Shown here: positions 52,804 to 62,856 of the stretch, piece after piece
Layout of the letters: the number at the start of each line of letters is the position of its first letter
How positions within the stretch are numbered: the first letter of the stretch is position 1
Translations under genes and position numbers: made by a program
Assembly: GCA_013359125.1 (NCBI GenBank)
Contig: JABWCR010000001.1
Location: 174,183 to 238,182, forward strand
Source: Armatimonadota bacterium
GTDB lineage: Bacteria; Armatimonadota; Fimbriimonadia; Fimbriimonadales; GBS-DC
Direction of reading: 5' to 3'
DNA length: 64,000 nt
Notes under the pieces: generated by a model
The model's input: only the letters and a program-made list of their open reading frames with translations
What the model was told of the DNA's origin: nothing
The model's database searches: none

Positions 52804-53673
52804 CTATTTGGCAACAGGTCGCAGTTTCAGGATCGGAATGATCAACTCATCCTTGACCTTCGACCGCCCTTGAGAGACGTCCCAAAGGAGCCTCGCGGCT
52901 CGATATCCCGCGTTTTCGGCGTTGTCGATTAGCAACAGCCGATACCGTCCGGTATCCAGCAGCTTGGCCTGCTCGGTGTCTGCCGTTATGGCCGCCACCG
53001 GCAAGCTCCCGCTCGCGTCAGCGCTCTTTTGAAACTCCTCGACGGCCTCTCGGCCCACGAGGAAAAGACCATTTCGACCTTCTCGACCAACTTCCTTTAC
53101 AATGTTCGAGATTTCTTCTTTTTTGTTCGTTTCCTTTTCTATCACGCGGATTCTCGCATCCGAACGACCAGCCGCGAACAATCCGTTTGCCAACTCCTTC
53201 ATTGCGCCAGGCGGATCGTACGACCCTGCGATCGTGATCGTCCTAGCGCCCGCGGCGATCAAATCGCCGGCCGCCTCTCTGCCGATCGCAAAGTAGTTTG
53301 GCCTAACGACGCAAGCCCTCACCGCGCCGGGCAGATCGCCGCCCACCAGCGCTACTGGCACGCCGACCGACGAAAGTTTTGACAGAAGATCCAAACTCTC
53401 GCTGCCCGGTTGCAACATTGCGACGATACCGGACAACCCCCCTGCGTCGCGCTCGATCGACCCGCCGTCAGACGGATAATACCGCTCTATTTTAACACGA
53501 AAAGACGCTAATCCGCGCCGAAATCCCTGCTCGACCCGTTGCCAATAGATTCCGTCTGGACGATCGGTCAATAAAGCGAACTGATAGGGTTCTGGCGTTG
53601 CTTTGCCTCTGCCGCAACCAGACGCCAAAATTGCGCCCAGGGCGAGCAGAACAAACCGACCCCAGCCTTGCAC
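52804..53673 (-). CDS. Lipoprotein with periplasmic-binding-protein type I-like fold
   Basis: 289-aa ORF with GTG start; lipobox ILASGCG; alternating beta-alpha pattern and VPVALVGGD resemble sugar-binding/LacI-type ligand domains. Weak assignment. Confidence 0.55.
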   Translation of the reverse strand: MQGWGRFVLLALGAILASGCGRGKATPEPYQFALLTDRPDGIYWQRVEQGFRRGLASFRVKIERYYPSDGGSIERDAGGLSGIVAMLQPGSESLDLLSKLSSVGVPVALVGGDLPGAVRACVVRPNYFAIGREAAGDLIAAGARTITIAGSYDPPGAMKELANGLFAAGRSDARIRVIEKETNKKEEISNIVKEVGREGRNGLFLVGREAVEEFQKSADASGSLPVAAITADTEQAKLLDTGRYRLLLIDNAENAGYRAARLLWDVSQGRSKVKDELIIPILKLRPVAK

Positions 53674-53712
53674 GACGATAGTATTAGACGCGAAGATGGC
53701 AGAATCCTGCCG

Positions 53713-54774
53713 TCAGGCCGCAATCAATTCGGGCGAAAGCGGGTGTTCGAGGTCGTGCAGCAGCAGGCTCCATTGAATCTGCTCGGACGGCTCGACTTGT
53801 GCCTGGCGTCCGATTACGCATCCGTGCAGACGGCTTTGCGCGCCGATCGTGGCCTGCGAGCCGACGATGCTCGCGCTCAAGATCGCGTGATCGTGAACCT
53901 GAGAGTTTTCGCCCAGAACGGTGAATCGTCCGAGGGAGGCTCCTCGTCCGACCGAGGCGCCCCGGCCTACATAGATCGGACCATCGATGCGCGCTTCGTT
54001 CGAGACCTCTGCCTCGGGGTGGATCCAGACGCCGTTGTCCGAAGGCCCAAACCCCCAAGGCAGATTGAGCCGGCCCATCAGAGCGTCAAAATGCACCTGT
54101 CGATAGCTGCTCAGATTGCCGATGTCGCACCAATAGCCGTCCATCGGTTTGCCATACAGCCCGTAATCCTGCGATAACAGCGAAGGGAAGAGATTGCGGC
54201 TGAAGTCGAACGGCCGGTCGTTCGGGATGAAGTCTAAGATTTCTGGCTCGAAGATATAGATCCCGGTGTTGGCCACGGTCGAGAACGCTTCGCTTGGCTG
54301 GGGCTTCTCGATAAAGCGAATGACGCGATCGTGCGCGTCCGTCTCCACAATGCCGTACTCGGATGGGTCTTCGACCGGCTTTAGGAGAAGCGTGGATAGT
54401 GCGCCCTTAGCCTTGTGCCAGGCAATAGCCTCGGTAAGGTCAAAGTCGGTTACCCCATCGCCGCTGACGACGATAAAGGTGTCTGTCAACTTCTCTTGAA
54501 AGGGCTTGAGGCTGCCGGCCGTGCCCAAAGGAGACTCTTCAAGGCTGTATTCGATGCAAGCGTTCCAGCGCTCTCCCGATCCGCAGTGCTCGATGATCCG
54601 CTCCGCCTGATAAGAGACCGTCATGCCGATGTTGTCGATGCCGTGCCGTTTGAGAAGGCTCAGCGTGTGGTCCAGCACGGGTCGGTCGAAGAGCGTTACA
54701 AGGGGTTTCGGCGTGGAGCGAGTGAGCGGATAAAGACGAGTACCGCGGCCGCCGGCGAGAACGACTGCTTGCAT
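53713..54774 (-). CDS. Sugar-1-phosphate nucleotidylyltransferase with C-terminal left-handed beta-helix (mannose-1-P guanylyltransferase / glucose-1-P thymidylyltransferase-like)
   Basis: Start at ATG 54774 (AAGGAGG SD); MQAVVLAGGRGTRLYPLT signature; C-terminal hexapeptide repeats. Confidence 0.8.
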   Translation of the reverse strand: MQAVVLAGGRGTRLYPLTRSTPKPLVTLFDRPVLDHTLSLLKRHGIDNIGMTVSYQAERIIEHCGSGERWNACIEYSLEESPLGTAGSLKPFQEKLTDTFIVVSGDGVTDFDLTEAIAWHKAKGALSTLLLKPVEDPSEYGIVETDAHDRVIRFIEKPQPSEAFSTVANTGIYIFEPEILDFIPNDRPFDFSRNLFPSLLSQDYGLYGKPMDGYWCDIGNLSSYRQVHFDALMGRLNLPWGFGPSDNGVWIHPEAEVSNEARIDGPIYVGRGASVGRGASLGRFTVLGENSQVHDHAILSASIVGSQATIGAQSRLHGCVIGRQAQVEPSEQIQWSLLLHDLEHPLSPELIAA

Positions 54775-54979
54775 CGATAGGCCTCCTTTATTCCCCAAGA
54801 TTCACGGTTCGTTTCAGCCCCAGGGGTACCGTTGATTATCGGAAAGCCTCGCAAAAATCCTTAGAGTTCAGGTAAGGATTGGGGGGCTAATCGCAGAATT
54901 CGCGATCCCTCGATTCGAACTCAAAGTTGTGCTACAAATTTTCAAAAAGCCGTTCGCGCATGAGGGTAACCTATGCCAC

Positions 54980-56296
54980 ATGCGCTATTGGCCAGCGTTA
55001 GCGATCTTGGCAGCCTCCGTGCCTGGCATCAGCCAAGTTTTTGTCGAAGGCTCTCTGCGCCTGGACTCCGATACGGCCGCCATGCTGGACGCGATGCGCG
55101 ATTCGGGCGGATGGTCGGGCGCATGGCAATGGCTCACTGGCGACTGGTTCTTGCAGAACGGCTTCTATCGCCCGACGACCTGTCTTTCGCTGTTGCTCGA
55201 CTACTCGATCTATGGCGAGACGGCTTGGGGCTTTCGGCTGACCAACTGGCTGCTTTGTATAGCGATCGGGTTAGGCGTCTGGCGGATGCTGGCGGTGTTG
55301 CCCGTGCCTGTGCGTCTGCAATGGTCGATTCCGATTTGGCTCATGCTTCAGATGTGCTCGGCCGTGCCCTTGGTCGTTGGTTCGTGGGCGGCCCTGGCAA
55401 CGGTTGTGGCGGTTTCTATTGGGAATGCCCGAACGTCGGGGGTCGCATGGAGCCAGCTTCAGACCCGCCACCTAACGGGAGGTCAGTCTCTATTACTGTT
55501 TGTCGGCGCGGCGTTGGCCTTAGGCTACGGCATCGATCGAATGACGACGATGGAGTTTGGGAGGCTGATCGCATGGACGCCATCGCGCACGGCGCTTTTG
55601 GCGACGGCTTTTTCTGTCTGGTCGTTGGCAGCGCTTCTAGAACGTCGCATCGCAATCGGCTTGGCGTTCTTTTTGTTGGGCTTGGGCGCTTACGAACAGC
55701 CGCTCTTTCTTGCGCCGGTCGTCTGCCTCTATGCCGCGTTCAAGATGCCGAAAGGAGGACGGATCGCAATCGGCGTCGCGATGATGTGCGCCTTATACAT
55801 CGTTCTTAGGCTATCGTTGGTCCAAACGGAGACCAGCGACTATCAGAAGCAGCAGATGCGCAGCAGCCCGATCGCTTGGGCGGCCAGTTATCTAGGCGAT
55901 CTCTTTCCTCCCGCGGCCGAGTGGAACTTCTGGCGCAGCATCGAGCCGTCGCCCTATATGCTCTTGTCGCCCCAACCGTGGCGCAGCCTGTTGCTAATGG
56001 CGAGCGGGATCGCGGCCATTGCCATCGCCTTGAGGCGCCGCGCTTGGTTTGGTTGGTGGTTCCTTTGGCACGCTGTAACGCTTTTGCCCATGAGCTTCCT
56101 GCACAGTTTCGAGCATTACCATTTGCTGCCTCAAATCGGACGGCTCGCGCTCGATATGGGCTGGGCCTTGATGGGCTTTTCGATCTTGACGGGCAGGGCA
56201 TTCTGGCCGGGCGTCGAACCAAGTGAGAAATCGGAGGCAACGAATGAACACATTGATAGCGATAGCGGCATTAGGAGCGATCTTGAGCACGATTGA
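54980..56296 (+). CDS. Polytopic membrane protein of unknown function (possible GT-C-type glycosyltransferase)
   Basis: Start at ATG 54980 (GAGGGT upstream); the track start GTG 54929 lies inside a TGTGCTACAAAT extended -10-like box. At least 10 predicted TM helices. Divergent from the NDP-sugar pyrophosphorylase gene. Confidence 0.45.
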   Translation: MRYWPALAILAASVPGISQVFVEGSLRLDSDTAAMLDAMRDSGGWSGAWQWLTGDWFLQNGFYRPTTCLSLLLDYSIYGETAWGFRLTNWLLCIAIGLGVWRMLAVLPVPVRLQWSIPIWLMLQMCSAVPLVVGSWAALATVVAVSIGNARTSGVAWSQLQTRHLTGGQSLLLFVGAALALGYGIDRMTTMEFGRLIAWTPSRTALLATAFSVWSLAALLERRIAIGLAFFLLGLGAYEQPLFLAPVVCLYAAFKMPKGGRIAIGVAMMCALYIVLRLSLVQTETSDYQKQQMRSSPIAWAASYLGDLFPPAAEWNFWRSIEPSPYMLLSPQPWRSLLLMASGIAAIAIALRRRAWFGWWFLWHAVTLLPMSFLHSFEHYHLLPQIGRLALDMGWALMGFSILTGRAFWPGVEPSEKSEATNEHIDSDSGIRSDLEHD

Positions 56297-56999
56297 CGCG
56301 GCGTCGCAGAAGAAACGCATCTTGGTCGTAACGCACACGACTGGCTTTCGTCATGCCGACTCGATCAAAGTCGGCGAACCGATCGTCAAGCAAATAGGAG
56401 CGGGCGACGGCGATTTTGAGGTCGAGTATTGCCGAGACGGCGAGGACGTCAAGACGATGCTGACCCCAGAAGGCCTTAAGCGGTTCGACGGCGTTTTCTT
56501 TTTGAACACTACCGGCGATCTGGGCATTCCCGATCTGAACGCGTTCCTGGCTTGGATCAAATCGGGCAAGGCGTTTATTGGCGTGCATTCGGCCACAGAC
56601 ACCTATCACAATCGCAAAGAGTTTATCGAGATGATCGGCGGCGAGTTCAAGACGCACGGCAAGCAGTGCACGGTGGAGATGAAGGTGGAGCAGCCCAACC
56701 ATCCTGCCGTGCGCCATCTTGGCCAATCTTGGACCTTGTTCGACGAGATATACATCATGACTGAGAACAATCGCAAGAACGTAACCGTTCTGCTCTCGCT
56801 CGATAACTATCCGGACGACGGCTCGCCGCAAGCCAATCAGCCTGGCGATCACCTCTTGGCCTGGACGCGCGCCTATGGCAGCGGTCGGGTTTTTTACACT
56901 GCGCTCGGGCATCGGCCCGACGTATGGGAGAAGCCCGAGTATCAGCGGCATCTGATCGGCGGCATTCGCTGGGCATTGGGTTTGGACGAGGCCCGATAG
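56244..56999 (+). CDS. ThuA-domain protein (secreted)
   Basis: Start at ATG 56244 (signal peptide MNTLIAIAALGAILSTIDAA); ILVVTHTTGFRHADSI and GVHSATDT motifs of the ThuA family. Confidence 0.8.
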   Translation: MNTLIAIAALGAILSTIDAASQKKRILVVTHTTGFRHADSIKVGEPIVKQIGAGDGDFEVEYCRDGEDVKTMLTPEGLKRFDGVFFLNTTGDLGIPDLNAFLAWIKSGKAFIGVHSATDTYHNRKEFIEMIGGEFKTHGKQCTVEMKVEQPNHPAVRHLGQSWTLFDEIYIMTENNRKNVTVLLSLDNYPDDGSPQANQPGDHLLAWTRAYGSGRVFYTALGHRPDVWEKPEYQRHLIGGIRWALGLDEAR

Positions 57000-57005
57000 C
57001 GAAAC

Positions 57006-57014
57006 GGGTAGACT
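57006..57014 (+). promoter_or_regulatory. GGGTAGACT box for mfd
   Basis: GGGTAGACT-N9-ATG 57024, no SD. Confidence 0.45.
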
Positions 57015-57023
57015 CTCCTTTGC

Positions 57024-60000
57024 ATGGCCGCCAATTGGCTGGAAGCCCTGCGGCAAAGATTAGAACTCGAACCCCCCGGCGCTCCGACCGAGTGGGCCGA
57101 TCTTTGCCAAGAAGCCAAGCCCCCTCTCTTCTCGGCAGTATTCCGCTCGTCCGACAAGCCCGCGCTGATCATTGCCTCGACCTTGGAGCGCGCCGAGACG
57201 TGGATCGCAGCGCTGTTGCGACTGGGGTTTCCCGAGGATCGGCTCGTTCGACTGCCCTCTGGCGCAGCGTCTTGGTTCGATCCGTCCGGCGTCGAACTGG
57301 AAGCCCGCAACGACCGGATCCAAGCGATGACTCGAGTTCAGAACGGCGACCCAGTAGTCGTTGTGGCTCCTGTGTCAGCCGCATTGCATCGCACGGGTCG
57401 CCCCGATTGGTTTGGCGATCAGACCGTCCGCATTGCCAAAGGCGAAGCGCTCGAGCCGGAAGCGCTGATCAAACGACTTCTTTGGACGGGTTATGAGCAT
57501 CAAGATCCGGTGCGTCTGCCAGGCCAGTTTGCTCGGCGCGGCGGCATTGTGGATTTCTTTCCTCTCGGCTCCGGATTGCCCGTGCGAGTGGAGTTTTTTG
57601 GGGACGAGATCGAGAGTTTAAGACGATTTGAGCCTTCCACTCAGCGATCGGTCAAAACAATGGAGCGCGCGACCGCGCCGCCCGCCAGGGAGATTCCGCT
57701 TGGAAATCCGCAAGTCGCTGCGCAGATTCGAGAGCTTTGGACGGACGTGGAGGACGATCTGCTTCATGCCGATCTGGGCGCGCTTCACCAAGGGTTGCCG
57801 TTCGATCGATTAGAGGTCTATCTGCCGTGGCTGGAGGAGCGCCCGACCTGTTTTATCGACTTCATGCCTTCGGACGGCCTGATCTGTCTGGACGAGCCGT
57901 TGCTGATCGCGTCTGCCTATCAGCGCTGGATGGAGGAATTGCAGGCTGCGCTCAACTCTCGCGCAGAAAGACACGATCTGGCATCGATGAGCGCGGAAGT
58001 CTACGCGCGACCGTTGACCGAGTTGAAAGGTCGAGCCTCCCTGGCGATGAGCGCGATGGACTCAGGAAAGTTGGATTGGTTCGCGCCCAAAAAGAGCATA
58101 AAAATAGGGGCCAAGTCGCTCGAATCGTATCGCGGCCGTCTGCCCGCGCTATTGGACACCGTTAAGCAGTGGCAAGCCAGCGGCCTCGATCTGATCGTGG
58201 CGACCGATCAGGCAACGAGGGTTGCGCGCGCCTTTCAAGACCAAGGCATCCCTTACATCAGCAACGAGGAGGCGACCGAGCTTCAACCTCGGATCGCGCT
58301 GTTAGAAAGGGGCAATTTGGGCGGCGGATTCATCTGCGAGACGGCAAAGATGGCGCTGCTGACCGACGGCGAACTGTTCGACCTCCATCGCTTGCGGCTC
58401 CCGCCCCGTCGATTTACCGAGGGTGTGCCGATCTCGTCTGTGCTCGACTTGAAACCAGGCGACTATGTGGTGCACATTCATCAGGGCATCGGCATGTTTC
58501 GGGGGCTGGTTACGATCGAGCGAGACGGCGTTACGAAGGAGTATCTGCACATCGACTACGCTCCTCCGGACAAGATCTACGTGCCGTCCGACCAGTTGGA
58601 CCGCGTTCAAAAGTACTACGCTGCAGACGACAAACCGCCCGAAATTCGCCGCCTTAACAGTCTGGCTTGGGCCAAGGCCGTCGCGACTGCTAGAAAGAAG
58701 GCGCAGGAGATTGCGGGCGAATTGGTCGCTATCTACGCTCGGCGAGAGAAGGCGACCCGACCATCGTGCGGACCAGACACGCCTTGGCAACAGGAGATGG
58801 AACTGGCGTTCCCCTATACGGAGACGCCCGGCCAGATGAACGCGATTGTCGAGACCAAGAGCGACATGATGGCGCCGCATCCGATGGATCGACTGGTTTG
58901 CGGCGATGTGGGCTTTGGCAAGACGGAAGTCGCCGTTCGAGCCGCGTTCAAAGCGCTGCAGGAAGGACGCCAAGTGGCCGTGCTCTGCCCGACGACCGTG
59001 CTGGCCTATCAGCATTGGCAGACCTTTACCGAACGGTTCGGGGCCTACCCGATTCGTGTCGAACTGCTGAGCCGTTTGATCAGCGCGAAGAATCAGAAGC
59101 CGATCGTGCAGGCGATCCATGCCGGAGCGGTCGATTTGGTAGTAGGCACGCATCGTTTGCTGTCAAAGGACATCGCATTTAAGAACCTGGGCCTTGTGAT
59201 CATCGACGAGGAGCAGCGATTTGGAGTGATGCAAAAGGAGAAGTTCAAACAATTGCGGGCGACGGTGGATGTGATGACGCTCACCGCAACGCCGATTCCG
59301 CGCACGCTCTACATGGCTCTGACCGAGATACGGGATATGAGCCTGATTTCCGACCCGCCGCCTGGCAGGATGCCGATCCGCACCCACGTACAGCCCCACG
59401 CCGATTGGCTGGTGCGGGAGGCCGTGCTGCGGGAGCTCCAGAGGGATGGACAGATTTTCTATGTGCACAATCGAGTCAGCGCGCTCCCCCACATTGCGGA
59501 AAAACTTCGCCAACTGGCGCCCCATTGTCGCATCGAGATCGCTCATGGCCAAATGCCGGCAGAGGAGATGGAATCGATCATGCTGGCGTTCTATCGCCGA
59601 GAGTTCGATGCGCTGGTCTGCACCACGATCATCGAAAACGGGCTGGACATCCCAAATGTTAACACGCTGATCGTCGATCAGGCAGACAAGTTCGGCCTGT
59701 CCCAGCTTTATCAATTGCGCGGGCGCGTAGGACGGAGCGATCGGCAGGCGTACGCCTACTTTCTTTATCGACCGGGGCAGAAACTGACAGACGCGGCCTT
59801 TGACAGGTTAGAAGCGCTGAAGGAGTTCAGTCACTTGGGCTCTGGATTTGCGCTGGCGATGCGCGACTTAGAGATTCGCGGCGCGGGCAATCTGTTGGGC
59901 AGCGAGCAGCACGGCGCGGTGCGGATGGTCGGGTTCGAACTCTATCAGACCATGCTGCGCGAGGAGATTCGCAGGCTCAAGCGCGGCGGCGAGGCGGTCT

Positions 60001-60452
60001 CGCTCGATCAGGCTTTGACGACCGAATTACCGACGCTTGAGATCCCGCTGAACGCCTACATCCCCAAGGATTACATCAAAGACGACGCCCAGCGGCTTTG
60101 GTACTACAAACGATTGGCAGGAGTAACGAACGAGCAAGAGTTGGACGACTTGAAGCGGGAGATTCGAGATCGATACGGCCCGCCGCCGACGCCCGTCAAG
60201 GCTCTGGCAAGGGCGATGAACTTGAGGCTCCTGGCATACGCCGTAGGCGTCGCAAAGATCGCCGGCGACCGGTACAAAATCGAGATCGAATTGAAAGCAA
60301 CGCACCGCCTGCCGGCCAAGAGGCAGATCGAACTGCAAAAGCGCTTCAAGGGACTTCGGGCGACGCCAGACAGCATAACCGCGCTCAAACCCGCCGATCT
60401 GCCCGAAGCGATCAAACTGATCTTGACCGCGCTAACGGAGCCTGCGACGTGA
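57024..60452 (+). CDS. mfd: Transcription-repair coupling factor
   Basis: 1142-aa ORF; UvrB-homology N-terminus, CarD-like RID ([12 protein letters not shown]), SF2 helicase motifs ([38 protein letters not shown]), TRG motif and C-terminal D7. Confidence 0.95.
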   Translation: MAANWLEALRQRLELEPPGAPTEWADLCQEAKPPLFSAVFRSSDKPALIIASTLERAETWIAALLRLGFPEDRLVRLPSGAASWFDPSGVELEARNDRIQAMTRVQNGDPVVVVAPVSAALHRTGRPDWFGDQTVRIAKGEALEPEALIKRLLWTGYEHQDPVRLPGQFARRGGIVDFFPLGSGLPVRVEFFGDEIESLRRFEPSTQRSVKTMERATAPPAREIPLGNPQVAAQIRELWTDVEDDLLHADLGALHQGLPFDRLEVYLPWLEERPTCFIDFMPSDGLICLDEPLLIASAYQRWMEELQAALNSRAERHDLASMSAEVYARPLTELKGRASLAMSAMDSGKLDWFAPKKSIKIGAKSLESYRGRLPALLDTVKQWQASGLDLIVATDQATRVARAFQDQGIPYISNEEATELQPRIALLERGNLGGGFICETAKMALLTDGELFDLHRLRLPPRRFTEGVPISSVLDLKPGDYVVHIHQGIGMFRGLVTIERDGVTKEYLHIDYAPPDKIYVPSDQLDRVQKYYAADDKPPEIRRLNSLAWAKAVATARKKAQEIAGELVAIYARREKATRPSCGPDTPWQQEMELAFPYTETPGQMNAIVETKSDMMAPHPMDRLVCGDVGFGKTEVAVRAAFKALQEGRQVAVLCPTTVLAYQHWQTFTERFGAYPIRVELLSRLISAKNQKPIVQAIHAGAVDLVVGTHRLLSKDIAFKNLGLVIIDEEQRFGVMQKEKFKQLRATVDVMTLTATPIPRTLYMALTEIRDMSLISDPPPGRMPIRTHVQPHADWLVREAVLRELQRDGQIFYVHNRVSALPHIAEKLRQLAPHCRIEIAHGQMPAEEMESIMLAFYRREFDALVCTTIIENGLDIPNVNTLIVDQADKFGLSQLYQLRGRVGRSDRQAYAYFLYRPGQKLTDAAFDRLEALKEFSHLGSGFALAMRDLEIRGAGNLLGSEQHGAVRMVGFELYQTMLREEIRRLKRGGEAVSLDQALTTELPTLEIPLNAYIPKDYIKDDAQRLWYYKRLAGVTNEQELDDLKREIRDRYGPPPTPVKALARAMNLRLLAYAVGVAKIAGDRYKIEIELKATHRLPAKRQIELQKRFKGLRATPDSITALKPADLPEAIKLILTALTEPAT

Positions 60453-60490
60453 GGCGGTATATCGATTCGACGGCGTCGGAGAAGGACAAA

Positions 60491-61654
60491 ATGAGGGCGC
60501 TGCTGGCGGTGCTCGGCACGATCTTCGTCAGCCTGATGGGATTTGGGATCATCATCCCGATTCTGCCCAAATATGCCCAGGAACGGGGCGCGACGCAGTG
60601 GGAAGTGGGCGTCATTTTTGCCAGTTTTTCGATCGCGCAGATGCTCGCGTCGCCCTACTTGGGAGGGCTGTCGGATCGCATCGGACGGCGGCCTGTTTTG
60701 GTGTTCAGCATGTTCGGATCGGTCGCAAGCTTTGCGATCTTGGCGCTGGCGACCTCGATGCCGCTGGTGCTGCTGTCGCGAGTAGTGGACGGGTTGTCGG
60801 CGGCCAGCGTCGTTACGGCGCGAGCCTACATTGCCGACTTGTTGGCCGAGCACGAGCGAGCAAAGGGCTACGGCATGATGGGCGCTGCTTTTGGACTGGG
60901 CTTTATCGCCGGTCCGGCGATCGGCGGGCAATTGGCTCGGATTGGGCCGACCGCGCCCGCATGGGGCGCGGCAGGTCTGTCTCTTATCGCAATGATCCTG
61001 GCATGGCTCTACGTCTCGGAAACCCAGCATGCGTCGCAAGCGCGGGGCCCCAATCCGTTGCGCCATGCGCCGGGAATGCTCGGAAGACCGATCCTTGGAC
61101 GCATTCTGTTCGTCAATCTACTGGTATGGAGCTGCTTTGCGGTCTATCACTCCACCTTTCCAGAGTTCGGGATGAAGCAATTTGGGTTCAAAGAGTGGCA
61201 CTTGGGCAACATCTTGGCCTTGGTGGGCGGCACGGCGGTCGTAACGCAGCTTTACATCATGCCGCGCCTGGTGAAGCTATATGGCGAGCGATCGTGCATT
61301 GCCGGCGGTTTGGCAGTGTGCGCGTTGGGATTGGTCGGAGCGGCGACAACCCGCGATTCAAACCTGTTTATCGCGATGGCGGTGCCGATCACAGTGGGCG
61401 GCGCGTTCGCCTCGCCCTGTTTGACCTCGCTGCTCAGCCAAACAGCGGGGAAGCACGAAATGGGCCTGGTGCAAGGCGTTGCGAACTCGTTGGAGAGCCT
61501 TGGACGGATCATCGGGCCACTGTGGGGCTACATGATCATGGCGAAAGGCATTAGTTTGGCATGGCTTTCGGCGGGACTTGTAATGGTGGGCGTGGCCGCA
61601 TTTGCCCTGACAATGAAACCTGCGGCTAATACAATTGAGGCAACCGGGGTATAA
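60491..61654 (+). CDS. MFS transporter (drug:H+ antiporter-like)
   Basis: Start at ATG 60491 (387 aa, GGAGAAGG SD); 12 TM helices; motif A-like GGLSDRIGRRPVL. The 60098 track start runs through the mfd 3' end. Confidence 0.85.
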   Translation: MRALLAVLGTIFVSLMGFGIIIPILPKYAQERGATQWEVGVIFASFSIAQMLASPYLGGLSDRIGRRPVLVFSMFGSVASFAILALATSMPLVLLSRVVDGLSAASVVTARAYIADLLAEHERAKGYGMMGAAFGLGFIAGPAIGGQLARIGPTAPAWGAAGLSLIAMILAWLYVSETQHASQARGPNPLRHAPGMLGRPILGRILFVNLLVWSCFAVYHSTFPEFGMKQFGFKEWHLGNILALVGGTAVVTQLYIMPRLVKLYGERSCIAGGLAVCALGLVGAATTRDSNLFIAMAVPITVGGAFASPCLTSLLSQTAGKHEMGLVQGVANSLESLGRIIGPLWGYMIMAKGISLAWLSAGLVMVGVAAFALTMKPAANTIEATGV

Positions 61655-61851
61655 TATAGTGTGGAACCGCATGGGCGATGCCGCCCGTGCCGACTGCCCG
61701 CAACGGTGCGGACCCGGGCCATGAGGCCCAACGCGACGCGCGATCGAATATCGATCACGGCGGGCAGACTTCTGCTTCTTCGCCGTGTCTTGCCGATCCC
61801 GCTTCGCCGCATGGAGCATAGGCTCCGCTACCAAACGGAGGTCGGGAAAAC

Positions 61852-62850
61852 TTGAAAGCAGAATTTTTGAGCGCGGTCAATCTGCCCAGTCCGGCAGAGC
61901 AAATGCGCATGTATCGGCAGATGACCCTTATCCGCCGGTTTGAAGATCGAAGCAACCGAGCCTATCGAGAGGGCAAGGTCGGCGGCTATCTGCACGTCTA
62001 TAGCGGGCAGGAAGCCGTCGCAGTGGGCTTTATCAACCAGCTGAAGCAACAAGACCAAGTTGTCGGCCATTATCGAGACCACGCCTATGTATTGGCGCTG
62101 GGCAGCGATCCGAACAAAGTGATGGCCGAACTGTACGGCAAAGCGACCGGCCTGTGCCACGGCAAGGGCGGCTCGATGCACCTTTACGACAAGCCCAATC
62201 GATTTTTGGGCGGATACGGCATCATCGGCGGCATGATCGGCATTGCGACCGGCGTCGCTTTTGCCGCCAAGTATCGGCGCGAAGACTCCGTTACCCTCTG
62301 TTTCTTTGGCGACGGATCGATGAACGCCGGGATGCTGCACGAGTGCTTTAACATGGCCGGACTGTGGGACCTGCCGGTAGTCTTCATAGTGGAGAACAAC
62401 AAGTATGCGATGGGCACTCCGCTGGAGTTGCACAGCGCGGAGACGAATCTGGCCAAGCGAGCGTCCGTCTATGGCTTCCCATCGATTCAGGTCGATGGCA
62501 TGGATCCGTTTAAGGTCTGGGATGCGGCCGGATCGGTCATCGAGTACGTGCGCGAGCGGAAGTCGCCCTACTTTGTCGAGGCGCTGACCTATCGATTTGC
62601 CGGCCATGGCGCGGCAGACATCACCGACCCTGGCTCCTATCGAACCAAAGAAGAGCTCGAAGAGTGGAAGCAGCGCGACCCCATCCTAACGCTTGGACGA
62701 GAACTCGTCGCGAATGGCATCGCTACCCAGGCCGAGTTGGACGAGATCGATCGGGAAGCCCAGAGCATCGTGAGCGAAGCGGCCAAGTTTGCCGAGGAGA
62801 GCCCTGAGCCGGCTCCAGAAGCACTGTTCGCCGACGTGCTGGCCTCCTAA
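61852..62850 (+). CDS. pdhA: Pyruvate (2-oxoacid) dehydrogenase E1 alpha subunit
   Basis: 332-aa ORF with TTG start and GGAGG SD; TPP motif GDGSMNAG...NN, YRFAGH phospho-loop-like motif. Confidence 0.9.
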   Translation: MKAEFLSAVNLPSPAEQMRMYRQMTLIRRFEDRSNRAYREGKVGGYLHVYSGQEAVAVGFINQLKQQDQVVGHYRDHAYVLALGSDPNKVMAELYGKATGLCHGKGGSMHLYDKPNRFLGGYGIIGGMIGIATGVAFAAKYRREDSVTLCFFGDGSMNAGMLHECFNMAGLWDLPVVFIVENNKYAMGTPLELHSAETNLAKRASVYGFPSIQVDGMDPFKVWDAAGSVIEYVRERKSPYFVEALTYRFAGHGAADITDPGSYRTKEELEEWKQRDPILTLGRELVANGIATQAELDEIDREAQSIVSEAAKFAEESPEPAPEALFADVLAS

Positions 62851-62856
62851 AGCCCG

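Noticed and set aside
61655-61851. SRP (4.5S) RNA or TPP riboswitch in the MFS-pdhA spacer
   Set aside because: The minus-strand GCGAAGAAGCAGAAGUCUGCC only loosely resembles the SRP domain IV GGAA-tetraloop region. The TPP-element core (CUGAGA...ACCUGAUCUGGAUAAUGCCAGCG) is absent.
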